A DNA stretch of 64,000 nucleotides from Trichosphaerium sp. ATCC 40318 (Eukaryota; Protista; Tubulinea). Both the position numbers and the translations under genes were made by a program. The stretch is from contig JALMLS010000369.1 of the NCBI GenBank assembly GCA_038496445.1, positions 124,001 through 188,000 on the forward strand. The letters are read 5' to 3'. The notes under the pieces were generated by a model that saw only the letters and a list, made by a program, of their open reading frames with translations, did no database searches and was not told where the DNA came from. Shown one piece after another: positions 27,483 through 40,269 of this stretch. Position 1 is the stretch's first letter. Each line of letters starts with the position of its first letter.

Positions 27483-28230
27483 GTGGTTTCACTAGCATAC
27501 TAAAGCGTACTAGGGACAAATTTGCAATACCATTCTCTGTGCCCGTGATGTAACAACTAGTTCAAGCTTGCTCAGAGTTTTACACTTATAGATTGGCATG
27601 ATGAAAGAAGTACTCGATAAGAGATGTGCACATGGGTAAGTTTCATGCCAAATCACCAAGAAACCTTGCCCATGCTTTGTTTGTGATAACTCATTGTTTA
27701 GAGCCAAGATGGAAGTCTGGTGATAAACTTCAATAGACTTGGATAACCGCACTAAGAGGTTTGGGTTGAATGGCAAAGACTAGGTAAACATTTTCAAATT
27801 CTATTTTCGCTAATTCCCTATCAATATAAGAGGATTTGATGTTAAATGGAGAAATACCGGTATTTCTTTGGTTACAGAATGTAAGGTGAACTTTGAAAAT
27901 ACCAAATTCAAGTATGATCCTTCAAAAGGCTACACAGCATGTAATAATGCGCCCGTAAAGGTTATGTCAAGCGGGAGTTGGTAAGGAACTAATGAATATC
28001 CGCTGTTATTGGGAGCCTCTCCAAAATAAAAATATCAAACGTTGACTTTAATGACACAGATAGCATCTGCTTTTTACTTCAGTCTGGTCAAATTAAGTAA
28101 CATCACGTAAGTGTTTGTATCAGTATATTTTCTTTGCTTGGTGGTGACGAACTAGTCATATTAACGAGACAAGCTAAAAGAGGTACCTCAAAAAGCCTAA
28201 AAAAAAAGGGCTAACTTGTTAAATACTTGT

Positions 28231-30692
28231 TTATTCACCAACTTGAAACTCGTTCAGGTCCTTTAGAGTACTCTCTAGATCAAAAGAATTAACAGGAAGA
28301 TCCATCATGTCAGCCAACTTATCCAGAGGTGTCACTTTCCTAAACGAACAACATTAGCAAAAGTATAACTTTAGAAAAAGAAAGCCTACTTTTCATCATC
28401 TTGCTTAACAGGTTCAGGCTCTGACGTATTATCAGAAAAGGAAAAGTTTGATAGATCTCCAATATCTCCTAACCCACTAACCAAGTCTAGAAACTAATTA
28501 CAAAGAGTATATTTAACACAGCGAATATACCTGCTATTTCAATGATGCCTATATGAAGGTTTAGTTTTTTTATACACAAGATTTTATTTCCATACCTGAT
28601 TCAGTTAATTCAAGCTCTGCACACGTATCCGCGTCAACAGTAAAAGAACTAGAACGGCCTCTTACAGTAAGTGAATTCGACCTACTTCGAGACACGCTCG
28701 AGCTTGTTGCGCCATAGTCTAGGAAAGTGCCTTTGATGATAAGCTCCTTGACAAACAATATTAGAATCATTCTGACACGTTTGAACAAGCTCATACTTTT
28801 ATGTTAGACAAATTAGTTGCTAGCCACTCGTCAGGGCTCGACACAGGTACAACAAGTGAACCAGATTTACAAGCTTTAATGACAGCCTAATGCAGATTTG
28901 GTTTTAGTTGCGCTGTAAATCTTATAAATCTAACATGCCTCTATCATAGTGCCTATGGGAGAATTACCGTATTCTTCTTCAGAACCTTTAAGGTTATAGT
29001 ATAATTCAGTCGCTAGTTCCAAGTCTGGCTATTGGTCACAAAGAAATTAGGTGCCACTCGATGTATTGATAAATTCAGGAACAGAGCTTTCTTGGTTGCT
29101 GTGACGTACGATTTGTATAATACATAAGATAGATTTAGAAAGGTGTATCCACTTGTTATCTTCTTCTTCTAAAAAAGAAAAGGATGAATAAAAACAAGTT
29201 GTTAGATTGTTTATACCTTTAGCCAATATTTTAAATGCTTCGCTTCGTGCTATCCACGTATTTCTTACAATTGACGCATTAGCCATAGACGCTACTCTAC
29301 CTCTTGGAGCCTTTATTTTGTATTGGTTAACTAATGAAGTATGTACTGTGACGTACTTCCGAGGCAACTTCTAAAGAAGTGTCAATACCGGTTGATACTA
29401 CTTCTAGATTGTGGTAAAGCTTCTTCAGTGATCGCTTGACCCATTTATCTCTGACGTCATTGGAGCACTGTTTATTTAAAGTATTAATTGACTTTGCATC
29501 TAGAGACATACAAGCTTCAATCAACGACTAATAACATTAAGAAAAACCTTTGAAGTGAAAGAAAAGATGAAAAAAAACAAGAACGGAAAACTACTTACTT
29601 TTGCGAACTTCTGCTGTAACGACGACTCGAAACTTGATCCAACAGCTTTTGAAAACCGTTCGCAACATTCACCAGCACGTATAAAACAAGGTAACTTGAG
29701 TTCCTAAAAAGAATAAAAAGTCAGAACAAAAACGCAGTTTGAATGCACGTGCCAGTAATAGACATATTATTGCCTTCAAATAAAGAAGATTTGCCTTGAA
29801 ACTAAACTTTTGTTCAACTAGTAATATATCGGTATTAGAAAGTAGTTACGTGATGATAAAAACTAAAGAAGCAAGTAGAAAAAAACCAAACTATGGTTTC
29901 TTAAATTATTCCTCTTTTACGACTTACTTTGTTTAAGAGCTTGCTCTTCGAATACCTTTGCTGCCAATTTATACTTTTTCATCGTAGGCAGACAACAAAG
30001 ATGTGATAAGTTCCTTAAACACTCTGAAGCTTCAAAATGACATCCAGCTTTTTTAAATAACTCCAAAGAAGCTTTAAACAATTCAATAGCTTCATCAGCT
30101 TCAAACCCAAGAAACATATTCGCTGCACAAAAATTGAACTTTGCAGCAAGTTTTGTGTTCCTCCCTACATCCTTAAATACCCGTAACCTTTTTAAAAAAA
30201 CGCACTACGCTATTGTATACTTACTATCAAGCCCAGCAGCCGCCTTACGGTATTGTTGAACATAACCTTTAATATTCTCTAAAAATCCGTTGAGGAATTT
30301 CTTAGCGTCCTTTGAAGCATGTGCGTACCCCATGTTGCTGTATGGGTCTTTAGAAACAGTGCATGTTCAAGGAATGTGTCGGCAATATCGGCAGAGCTAT
30401 GTACAGCGTGTGTATGGCAAGTAACCATCTCCTTTACACATTTATTAACCATATCGGCTTTATAAAGAATATTAAGGGTTAAAGTCTTTTAAATAACAAT
30501 TTAATTGCGTCACTTACTGTTTTTAGCTTTTAAGAACGCCTCAGCTGCACTTTTAAAGTGTTTTGCTGCTTGTTCATTCTGGATCCTATTCTTTGCCATA
30601 AACTTGGATACACCGCTTCCCATTAGCATTCTCTTTCTCTCTAATGCGATTTTGCGCCATTCTTCCCCTATTTGATCCCAACCACTACTCAT
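28231..30692 (-). CDS. Helical-repeat protein with SNAP (soluble NSF attachment protein)/TPR-like N-terminal region and Ser-rich C-terminus
   Basis: AAKHFKSAAEAFLKAK; EAIELFKASLELFKKAGCHFEASECLRNL; AAKVFEEQA. Confidence 0.5.
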
Positions 30693-30999
30693 AGAGGTAT
30701 ATTAAGTAAAACGTAAATCACGTGCGCGTGGATTACATCAATGGTTGTGTACAACAGTTTTTTATTTGGCGGTTAAGCGCTTTTTGCCTGTGAACTGTAG
30801 AACGTTATCACGTTCCCATTTTATTGTCTCGAAGTAGAGACCTTTGAAGACAACGACGGGTAAACTAAAGGAGCACAACCAATGTTTCATTTTTGGGTGT
30901 CAAAACCTGAGACAGCCAAAACCTATTTTAAACGAAAAAGTTTTGTTTTCTTCAACCACAGTGGAATCTATTAAAAATTTACTATTTGGTTCTCAAACC

Positions 31000-32354
31000 A
31001 TGGACGGTAGTTCTCTTACAGAATCTGATAAGATTCTGCAGCTCAGTGGGATGTTTGAAAAGGTTTGGGCAAAAAAAGAGCGTTAGCGTTTGTTAACGCG
31101 TTTTTTAGATACCTCCAGATACAATATATAACCAGTTGCAACGCTGTGGTGGAAATGTAACAAAAACAATAGATAAACTCCTCGCAGAGGAAGAAAAAAC
31201 CTCTAAACCTAAAGGACGTAAAAAACGTACGCCAAAGAAGCCAGTAACAAGAGCTTCTTCGGTACCACTACAGAATTCCACAAAAGTTGAGTCGCCGCAA
31301 CCTTCATCCCTTGACAACATCTCTATACTCCAAGATAAGCTAGAAACAGTATACAGCAAGTCTTTTGATGTGATGGAAAAGAAGCTAAAGGAGCAAGCAC
31401 AAGAAATACATGCTCTAAAGGCCGCTCTTAATAAACGAGACGAGACAATAAACAAACGAGATGAAGTTATAAACGTCTTAAATCGTAAACTTAGCGTACG
31501 TCAACTCCCAAGCAACAACAAACCATCTACTCTACGCTTTTATGAAACGCCATCAAAAAAATCAAAAATTGTACCAAGGAGGTTGCCTTCTTCAGGTACA
31601 ATTCTGATATAAGCCTACAATACCTCTAGAACCATTTTCAAGCATTGTCATTAAAAATAGACTGCCTTGATACTTTTTGTAGACTTCCGTCTGATCTTAA
31701 AATCTCGTGAGATTTTTTTTCTCGTGAACTTTCGTTTTCTTTTCTTCTCTTCTTTCCCTTCTGACTTTTTTTATCATTTTAGGAAGCCAATAATATTCCT
31801 CCTCTTGATGTTGAGTCTCTAGCGTCGAGCAATACAGCCGATATTCACAGTCTTATAAACGATGCTCTTCTACTTTCCTCCTCTACGTTCCCGTAAGCTT
31901 TAAAACATTGAAAAAGCCTTGTTAACTCTCTGTTGTAGGCGAGGCGGACAGCGTGAAGCATGCGATTTATTCTCTGCTCAACTTAAGCTTAATCTTGCTT
32001 TATCCTTCTTGGGTGATTACGCGCGTACAATTGATGATGTACAAGTAAAGGTGAGAAAAGAATTCCTTCGAACATTCATAGAAAATCTCAAAATCAGAGA
32101 ACAAAACTCGTGAACGCGTAGAGGTTTTTTTTTGCTGTTTTTCACAGTGTTGAAGTGGCTTGTTGTCGTTGACATTTCTGACTTTTTTTTTTAAGGCTCT
32201 ATTTCAAAGAACTATTGTATGGTTAAGGACTCAAGTGCGGGACTCTTCTTCCCCTATCAATACAGTTGATGAGAAAATGGGGGTATTCAATACAAGCGAA
32301 CCTGTACTTGTTGGTGGTCAGCTTGGATTGGAAAATGTAAATAAAGAAATGTAA
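31000..32354 (+). CDS. CUE (ubiquitin-binding) domain + coiled-coil protein
   Basis: LQLSGMFEK|IPPDTIYNQLQRCGGNVTKTIDKLL fits the CUE consensus (MFP...I...L....GNV...ID.LL); heptad-rich KKLKEQAQEIHALKAALNKRDE. Confidence 0.6.
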
Positions 32355-32614
32355 GGGTTTAAGTTCACAAAATGAGCAAAAACTAGTCTCCCACTGGGAG
32401 TTACTTAGAAATAAAAACGTTTGTACAAAGCACACTTGTTTTTCTGTAGATAATGCCGACGTTATATCATAAATCCCTGTCCTAGCTAGGTCTGTTACAA
32501 AAAAAGATACAACGTGTTCACTGACTTGGATCTTTTTATTTCTGGTTTTGAATTTTTTTTCTTTGCGTTATGTACAAAAGGTTGGTAGGTTTTTTATTAC
32601 GTTGATTGTTTATA

Positions 32615-35226
32615 TTACACGTTGTTTGTTCTTTGTCTACGATAACTCACCTCAACCGCTGGTAACCTACCAAAACAAATTAATCTAAATACAAGTGATT
32701 GTTACATACGTAGATCTACATATAGGGCATTCCATCTTATAGTTAAGCCAAGTTGATAGGCACTCTTCATGATACAAGTGATCACAAGGCGTAATCTGAA
32801 AACAAGTAAGAATAGTGACAGGTGTTCTCTTAAGCGTACCATGTAAGCTTGTCTGTGTGGTTCTATTTCTTGGTGGCATATGGAACATGGTTGTGACTCA
32901 CTAGTTGAACGGAAGTAGTTGTACTTTACTGGTAAAAACTAAACATAGTTAGAAGGTTTCCTTTGGTTTACTTTGGCGGTAAACATCGCACTTTGCTTGG
33001 AATAAAGAATCTCGCTCCAAATTGGTCTTGCAGCAGTAGCACAGCAGCTTGTAGAAACATAAAACTACCAAAGAATACACAAAGCCATAAGTTTGCTTCT
33101 GCATGTACAAAGTTGGATGGACAACCATAAAAGTCTGGCGCAGAGGTTAGTAGACATAGGAGAGCACAAAAAACTAAAAAGATATTTCTCCCAGTGAGAC
33201 TTGAACTCACAACCCCCTGCTCATAAGACAGATGCTCTAACCAATTGAGCTATGGGAGATTTTTCGTGGTAAATTAAGGATTCTGCAAGTTTCGGCGGAA
33301 AATGGCCTAACTGAGCGAGCAAGGGCTACAGCGAGTTGCGTACATAGAAGCACAAACGATCTTGTAATGCTTACGGTGATAACATACGCACTAGGCTAGC
33401 CATTAGCAAAAAAAAATAACATCACTTTGACTTACGGTTGTAGGGAGTGTGTAGTATCTTTAACTGCGTTTCTGAATATCTGAGGTACCCAAAAAGAGCA
33501 CATAACGAATAAAAACACGTTAAACAGAACATTCATGTAATAGAACAAGAAAAATCCCAACAAAAAGAATCCATCTACAAAAAACGGTTAACGGACATAC
33601 AAAACCGCATTTTACGTACAAAATCTGGCGTAAATCATTGATAAATCTCGGCGCACAGAGTTCCATCCAGTGAAGGCTTGCGGTCTAACAAACAAGTTTA
33701 GTTTCTTTAATAGATTGGAAATAACAAAGGTGTACCGCTGTGCACGCCATATGATGAGCAAGAAACGCATTTCAAAAATCGCAAAAGTAACAAACTTAAA
33801 AAAAGCAATTGTAGCGAATACATTGAATACTTTATCTGTAAATTAATGTAAGCATTGTGTGGCAGTAGAAAAAAAGCCATTGTAGTAAGTACCAGCAATG
33901 ATACCAGCTGTCAAGTGAATCAAGCAAAGGTACGAATCCAATATTGCTTGTTGTCCTATAGTCAAAAGTGAAATCTTTGCAGCAGCCTAAAATAAATGAC
34001 ACGTGAGTTGTCAAGCTTGAGACTTTTTTCTTTATCGTACTGTTTGTGTTTTTGTATTTTTCATTTGTTGGATCAAGGAGTATACAAGAATAGCTGATGT
34101 TATAATAACAAAGAACCCATAGCGTATACTCTTGTAATAATATACTTCCATCAATACTGACTTTGCACTGACGTTCAAGACAATACCACAATTGGGGCTT
34201 ACAAAAATACCGTCCATTTCAAGAAATGGATCATCGACAGTGAAATCTATTTGGCACTTCGTCAGAAATTTGACTTTTTTTTTCTTTTTTTTTTTGGGTT
34301 GTAGAAAAACTTACCTCCATTGTCTCGTAAACGTATGTCTGGTTGAGGCGGATCATCGTGGTAGTGTAGATACATCTTCCAGTAGCAATCCTTGATAGTA
34401 TTTGCACTATTCGTCGTATTTTTGAACGACATTTTCTCAACGTACAAAAATTTCTGAACAGCATTAAAAAAATCTGTCCATAAAAAAATAGACAATAAAT
34501 AAGTACCTCACGAAGAGCTAGATCTGTCAGGGACGTATTACTATCAATATCAAACGTAAAATCGTGAACAACAGCGTGACTACGTGGACAGTAAATGTCA
34601 AAAAAATGACACGTCGAAAAAAAAAATATCATTTCATTTCTTCATTTTGTTTATTCGTATTCATACGTACTTGACGGGATTAGCTATAAGCATAAGTGTT
34701 CCTACTTTACTAAAGTAAACACCTTCGACATCATACTTCTCATTAGGGTCAGTGCTGAAGTAACCATTTCGTAAGGTTATCTCGCCCTATGCAATAGATT
34801 TTTGAGTATTTTTTTTTGTAAAGCATTTTTGGGGTTTGTGAATACCTCAACGAGTTTTGCAACGTCAGATTCAGTGTCTGACATTGACAACTGTAGAATA
34901 AAGCCACCGTTGTCTCTTGTGAATCCCAAGACATTTTCAACGTTTTGGGTATCATTTACAGCCCAAGTACCTGTAAATGATGTTGGCAACAGTCTTATAT
35001 GCAAAGAACGCGCTAATAGTACCATTGAAAAAGTCTGTAACGTTAGAGGGCGGAATTGGATTTTCTCTTCCTAATAGCCGAGAAATGGAGTACGACGCAT
35101 CAAACTATCCATTAATAAGCTTAGTATTTAAATTGTAGAATAAACATTACAATGTACCTGTATCGCAATAACGCTTGTTGTAAGTAATCCTATCGATACT
35201 ATGAATATCAAAGGCAACAGGGACAT
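32615..35226 (-). CDS. Transmembrane RING-H2 E3 ubiquitin ligase (Tul1/FLY1-like)
   Basis: Signal peptide MSLLPLIFIVSIGLLTTSVIA; SPNCG, FWVPQI, FYGCPSNF, LQDQFGARFFIP; RING CSIC...TPCDHLYHEECLSTWLNYKMECPICR. Confidence 0.9.
33186..33259 (-). tRNA. tRNA-Ile (anticodon UAU), intronless, nested in an intron of the RING E3 gene
   Basis: TCTCCCA TAGCTCAATTGGTTAGAGC A TCTGT CT-TAT-GA GCAGG ... GTGAG TTCAAGT CTCAC TGGGAGA A forms a full cloverleaf; a T-run terminator follows. Confidence 0.9.
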
Positions 35227-35315
35227 GCATGGCAATTTGTACAAACGAAACACAAGACCAAAACAAAAGTCAAACGAAATCTTACTTTTTTTTTGTGTTT
35301 TTACAGCCTGCTTAT

Positions 35316-38300
35316 TTACATTACCAGCTGGTCGATATTTAACCTACCAGATACCTCCAAAGAGCGTCTTCTGATTTGTTTAGTGCGTTCTCCAATAACC
35401 TCCGTCATTGACATTACGAATAATTTTCTGTCATCTGCACCGTCCATTACAAGCTTTAAAGTACTAGTGCCTTCATTATCATTGTAGAGGACTTGTATCA
35501 ACGAGGGATCTACAAAAAAAGGAAATTATTAATAAATCGTCTCAAACCGCGTTGGCGTAGCTTGCTAGACGTACTTGCGGTAGATGGTATAACTCTTACA
35601 AGCTTACTACCAATGATAGATAAGTTGACCTTAAACTGTTTCTTCTTTTTTTCTGTAAGAAGAAACAGGTCGTCGAAAAGAAAGTATTGTAACTTTATGT
35701 TACTTCCTGTAGATGACTTTCTCTTTGCCATACCACGTCCAATCAAAACACCCTAAATGAATAAGAAATAGCTCTTACAAGGCACATGAGTGTTAACACC
35801 AATGAAACTTACCTCAGCAAGTAACCGTCGTTTGTTGTTGGACGGAAGCTAAAAAAAACCGTTAATCATTTATTTCTTACAAAACAAGAATGTACCTTTT
35901 TATACCCTACAATTGTCTTTGCTATCTGAGGTACTATATCCTCCTGTTCCTGTTTTCTTTTGGTCTCGTTTAAATCAGCAGTTAGATTTTCTAGTCGCCG
36001 CTGTACCATCCTACAATGCAACAAATTAGAATCGTTCTGTGTAAAACTTCAAATAGTACTCTAATATATGTGCATCTTCGTGTGTCACATGAGTGTATTT
36101 TTTGAGTTCTTTGAGGAGTAAGATATACCGTGGTATTCCTTTGCTAGAGTAAGATACGACAAGTGTTTAAATAATTCCATACGCTGTATAGGTTGTATAA
36201 TGATATCGAACAAATCGCAATAATGCATTCTTGGATTTTTGTACAAGTCCTATTTTATCGGGTAAATTGAAATGTATCTTCCACTTTTGGTGAACTTTTA
36301 GATACCTCTAGAAAGTGTTTGAACTTTGAATTGTTTTTCTTGTGTTCCAGAAATGAAGATATAGCACTACACGATGATAAGCTTCCATTTCAGAAAAAAA
36401 AAAAAAAGTACCTGTCGTAGTTGTTGATGTATGATTGGTATGCAGGCAGCAATTGGATCTAACGTACTATTAATACATTAGAAAGTAGATGTGATACGTA
36501 CTAGGTCAAGAAATAAATCTCCAAGTACAGTTTGACGCGTCCAATCTGCCATTCGTTTTTTAAGTTTGTCATAAAAGAATGCATTTATTTTTTGGATAAC
36601 TTCCAAACTATAAAAGACTACAACACACATCAACAAAAAAATAACTGTATAAAACAGAATGAATAGGCGCACTATTTCTAATAGATTCTCGATCCAAGAT
36701 AGGATGCTTACTGAACAAAGCCCGTTTAAGAGGTTGAACAGCATACTAAAAAAAAACTATTAAATACAACGACTCGAAACTTGAATATAGGCGTACTTTT
36801 ATAGCAACCTCCAAATTTTGTACATAAGTTTTCTCTAAACGAGCAAAGTCAATACAAAAAAACCAAAGCAGTGCACAACTAAGAAAACCTTTTTTTCATA
36901 CCTGTTTCCATAATCTCCATAGCAATCTTCAAACGACGTGTTTCCATAAACTGTGGTGTACAAGGTAATTTTTTACTAGTAGCACCAGCAGAAATACTCC
37001 GTGCTCTAGAGTACCCGTCCGTGTGAATGCTTGTTACAGCACGTACATCAACGCTGATAGGAGAAATCTGCGGCCTTCTATTACATTGAGCAATGGACAA
37101 TGATCTCATAGATCGCCTGCTGCTGGATACACCAGAACGTGGTGCGTTCAAGCTTCGAGTCTCTGATTGATCATAGTCAATACTAACCAACGCTTGTTCG
37201 ACCCAATCAGCAACTTCAGGTACCAAGCAAGTCATACTTGCTTTTCTTGATTTTGGTGTTAGTGGTCTTGGCGGACTCAAAATCGACATGGTATCGGATT
37301 TCTAAGAAAGGAAAAAAAGTGGTTAACAAAAAAAAACAGTAACAAATAACGGAAAGAAGTAATTGACTTACAGAATCTGCAGCACGTTCCCTCTGTGCTA
37401 TGACATCATGCATAGCTACTAACTCAGGAATAGAGTTCCTTGATCCTTGTTTAATCGCTGCAATATTATCTGCAAACACCACAGATCGCCTACGGCCTCT
37501 GACAGTATCATTTTTTTTAGACGATTCTTCAGCCTCCATTACTTTTTGTAATGACACTACATAAGATCTTATCTCTTTATCATCCTGAAAGTCATTCATA
37601 AGTGGCTGTAACGTTTTACCAGATCTAAAAAAAGAGTTATTCTCAACTTAATCAACATTGTATGCCGTACATAGTCTTTCTAGCCATTTTTCGTTTCTCA
37701 TGCTTCGAAAATATCTTTATACTCTTAGACCTCCGTCTAGGTGGAGTAGTCGCTGTATTTGGAGCACTTCTAGATCGTGACACCTTATCTGATTTTATTT
37801 CAGTTCGTATCTGAGGTCTAGGTTGAGGGTTCACTACGCATGGAGGTCAGAATATAATCACAATCAACCAAATAATCTACGTACTTTTTTTCGACAATCT
37901 TCTTATTCCTTTTGTGTCGGTTTGTGATTTAAGAAGGAATCCGAGATAGACACGCATTGCGCAATCGTCAGGGTTACTTACAACATCGTCTGCACACAGT
38001 ATTTTTGGTACACGTAGCTCTTCATAGGCGGCAGTTAGTGCGCGATCAATGTCATTATGAGCATTTCCTACAACGATATTAGTTTTCGGTTTAATACCTT
38101 GAATGACCTGTCAGAGACTCCATTGGACATATTCCCGGCTTTATGCTGTCCACGAGAGCTGTGAGAGCTGTAGCGTCCGCCCATCTTCAGAAAAATGTAA
38201 GTAAACGCGCTTTTGTTGATTAGCAGTAGTACGAGGAGTGTGCGCGTGGGGTTAGGACGTGATAGGTTTTTATCTGCTTTGAGACCCATTCGAACTCTCT

Positions 38301-39224
38301 ATTCAAGTGATAGTGGTTTATTAATGCCCTATGCGTGTTAAGAGTCAAAAAAGACAAAAAAAACCGTTAGTACCACAAGAAGTTTAAAATAATAGGTGTG
38401 TCGCCGTGTACAATATCTGCGGGTTCGCCTACACGATTTTAGGCGTCATTTTAGATTATTAGTAGCAGAAAGGCTGTAACGTACAAGAATACAACTGTAG
38501 TCCTTCAGCTGCTATGAAGTCGAACACCTGTTTACTAAGTTAGAAAAAATAACTGCCAGTGGAACGTCGAAAATATGTGTCTACGTAAAACCCTTCTACT
38601 CGTAGTTGACGCACCTTGCTCATGTTATCCAGAAAATCTTCTACTGTTCTTGGCGCTTTGTTGTGTTCTATCAGCGGTTTTTTAGACAGGACCTTTGTTT
38701 TTGCGTTAGACAACGATATGTGAATTCTAAAACGCTACCTGTATTAACCGTATGAGCAAAAGGCCATTTGAGAGGTCTGCTTCTAAATTATGAATATGTA
38801 ACTTTGCGTCCTTTAAATGCACATTGCACCAACCGGTAAACACCTTATTGGAGTTAAAACAAGGAGTTTTACGATTGAATCAAAAAAGGTAAAATTGGTA
38901 CCCTCTTTCGCGTAGCTGCATCAATTTTAGGTGAATTAGGGCGAATAGACATCGCCACTACCTTGGGTTGTTGCAAGTTAGGTAAGTTTCCTTTTAAGGC
39001 TCAATTTAGACTCAGTTGACCGAAACGACACCTATTTTAGGATACAACATATGTGGCTTTCTCAATTCGTAAAAAAGATGGCTGGGGTATACATAAGTTT
39101 GAAAGCGCGTTTTGTAATTATTTGCAATCGATAAACAATGCCGGTTCGTTTATCAGCGTTAAGACAAGTACTGGTAAGGCGATAAATACTTGGCATGTAG
39201 TTTTAACAACAAATGACGTTTCAT
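35316..39224 (-). CDS. RhoGEF with N-terminal filamin/actinin-type CH-CH actin-binding domain, DH and PH domains; start approximate
   Basis: CH1 VFTGWCNVHLK...LEADLSNGLLLIRLIQVLS...DIVHGD; CH2 WADATALTALVDSIKPGICP...LRVPKIL; DH RRLKIAMEIMETE..Y, IIQPIQRIPRYILLLKELKK; PH YFLFDDLFLL. Confidence 0.9.
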
Positions 39225-39419
39225 AGCGTTTTTATTGAGTTTATTCGAATGGTTGTCACTTCCACCCACAACTATGCCCTTGAGGTATAGCTACAAATAG
39301 GATACTGCACTATAAGTTCTTGTTACTGAAAAAAAAAAGGCGTCACTAAACATTTATCCAATTGTCTACGCAAACCAGGCCACGTAGTTATAACTACTGA
39401 AATATTTATTAAATACACT

Positions 39420-40085
39420 ACATCTATAGCCTTTGGGAATTCTGCGGGCTTGAACAATTAAAAATGTTTATCTACAATGTCCTAATGAACCGCGTGCTGG
39501 AATTGCCATTGGCCTTGACGAAACGTGAGGTGAAAACAAAGCTCGTGCTTTGTTCCCGCGAACTTGAGTGTCGTCGGATGATTCTACAATGCGATACGTA
39601 GGCGTCTTGGCTGCTTTTGGGAACATGTTAAAGCATATATGAACACCTGAAAGCGAGTAAGAAAAATGTCAAGTGGAATTTGTAGTTTTTGAGTGGCTAT
39701 ACGCGCCAAAGGTAGTTTCAGAGTAGAAAAGTATTCAAGAGTAAGCTATGTTCTGAAAAAAGTTTTAAGAGCGTCCGCTCGCTCGCTGGTTGTTTGAATA
39801 CCCCAAAACGTAGTTTTTACGCGTACGCGCGGGTTTTACGCTGCGGAAAATCTTATTTTGGCGCTCAGTAAAAAAAAGCGTACAGTGAGCAATTCTAGCG
39901 GTGCATTCGTGCCATTTACTGCTAACAAGCGAGCACGCTATCCACGTAGATGCGTAATCCGTATCGCTTACTTGTTTAGCGGATGACAACACTCTGCATA
40001 ATAAACGTGAGGTAAGCTTGTTAACAGGCCCTGGGGTATGCTCGAGGAAGAGGTGGAATTCAAGCTGTTTTCTTGGGGAACTCAT
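39420..40085 (-). CDS. Small protein with F-box-like N-terminus (3' end approximate)
   Basis: LTSRLLCRVLS...ACSLVSSKWHE resembles the F-box consensus LP.ELL..I....L...SLVCK.W. Confidence 0.4.
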
Positions 40086-40269
40086 GGCGTAGTGGTGTAT
40101 ACTGTAAGTATGTAGCGTGAAAGGGAAACGTGATCCTGTTGATGCGATAGTGGGGTGATGTTAGTAAATTAAAACCCAAACTGGGAAGGTGATGACTTCA
40201 ACAGCCAATCCGGACTTTAAAATATTGAGAGCAGATTTGTCGAGAATAGTTTGGTTTTTAATTGTAAGT

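Noticed and set aside
27510-27990. Possible small minus-strand gene
   Set aside because: Non-ATG 88-aa ORF with no recognisable homology or convincing exon structure
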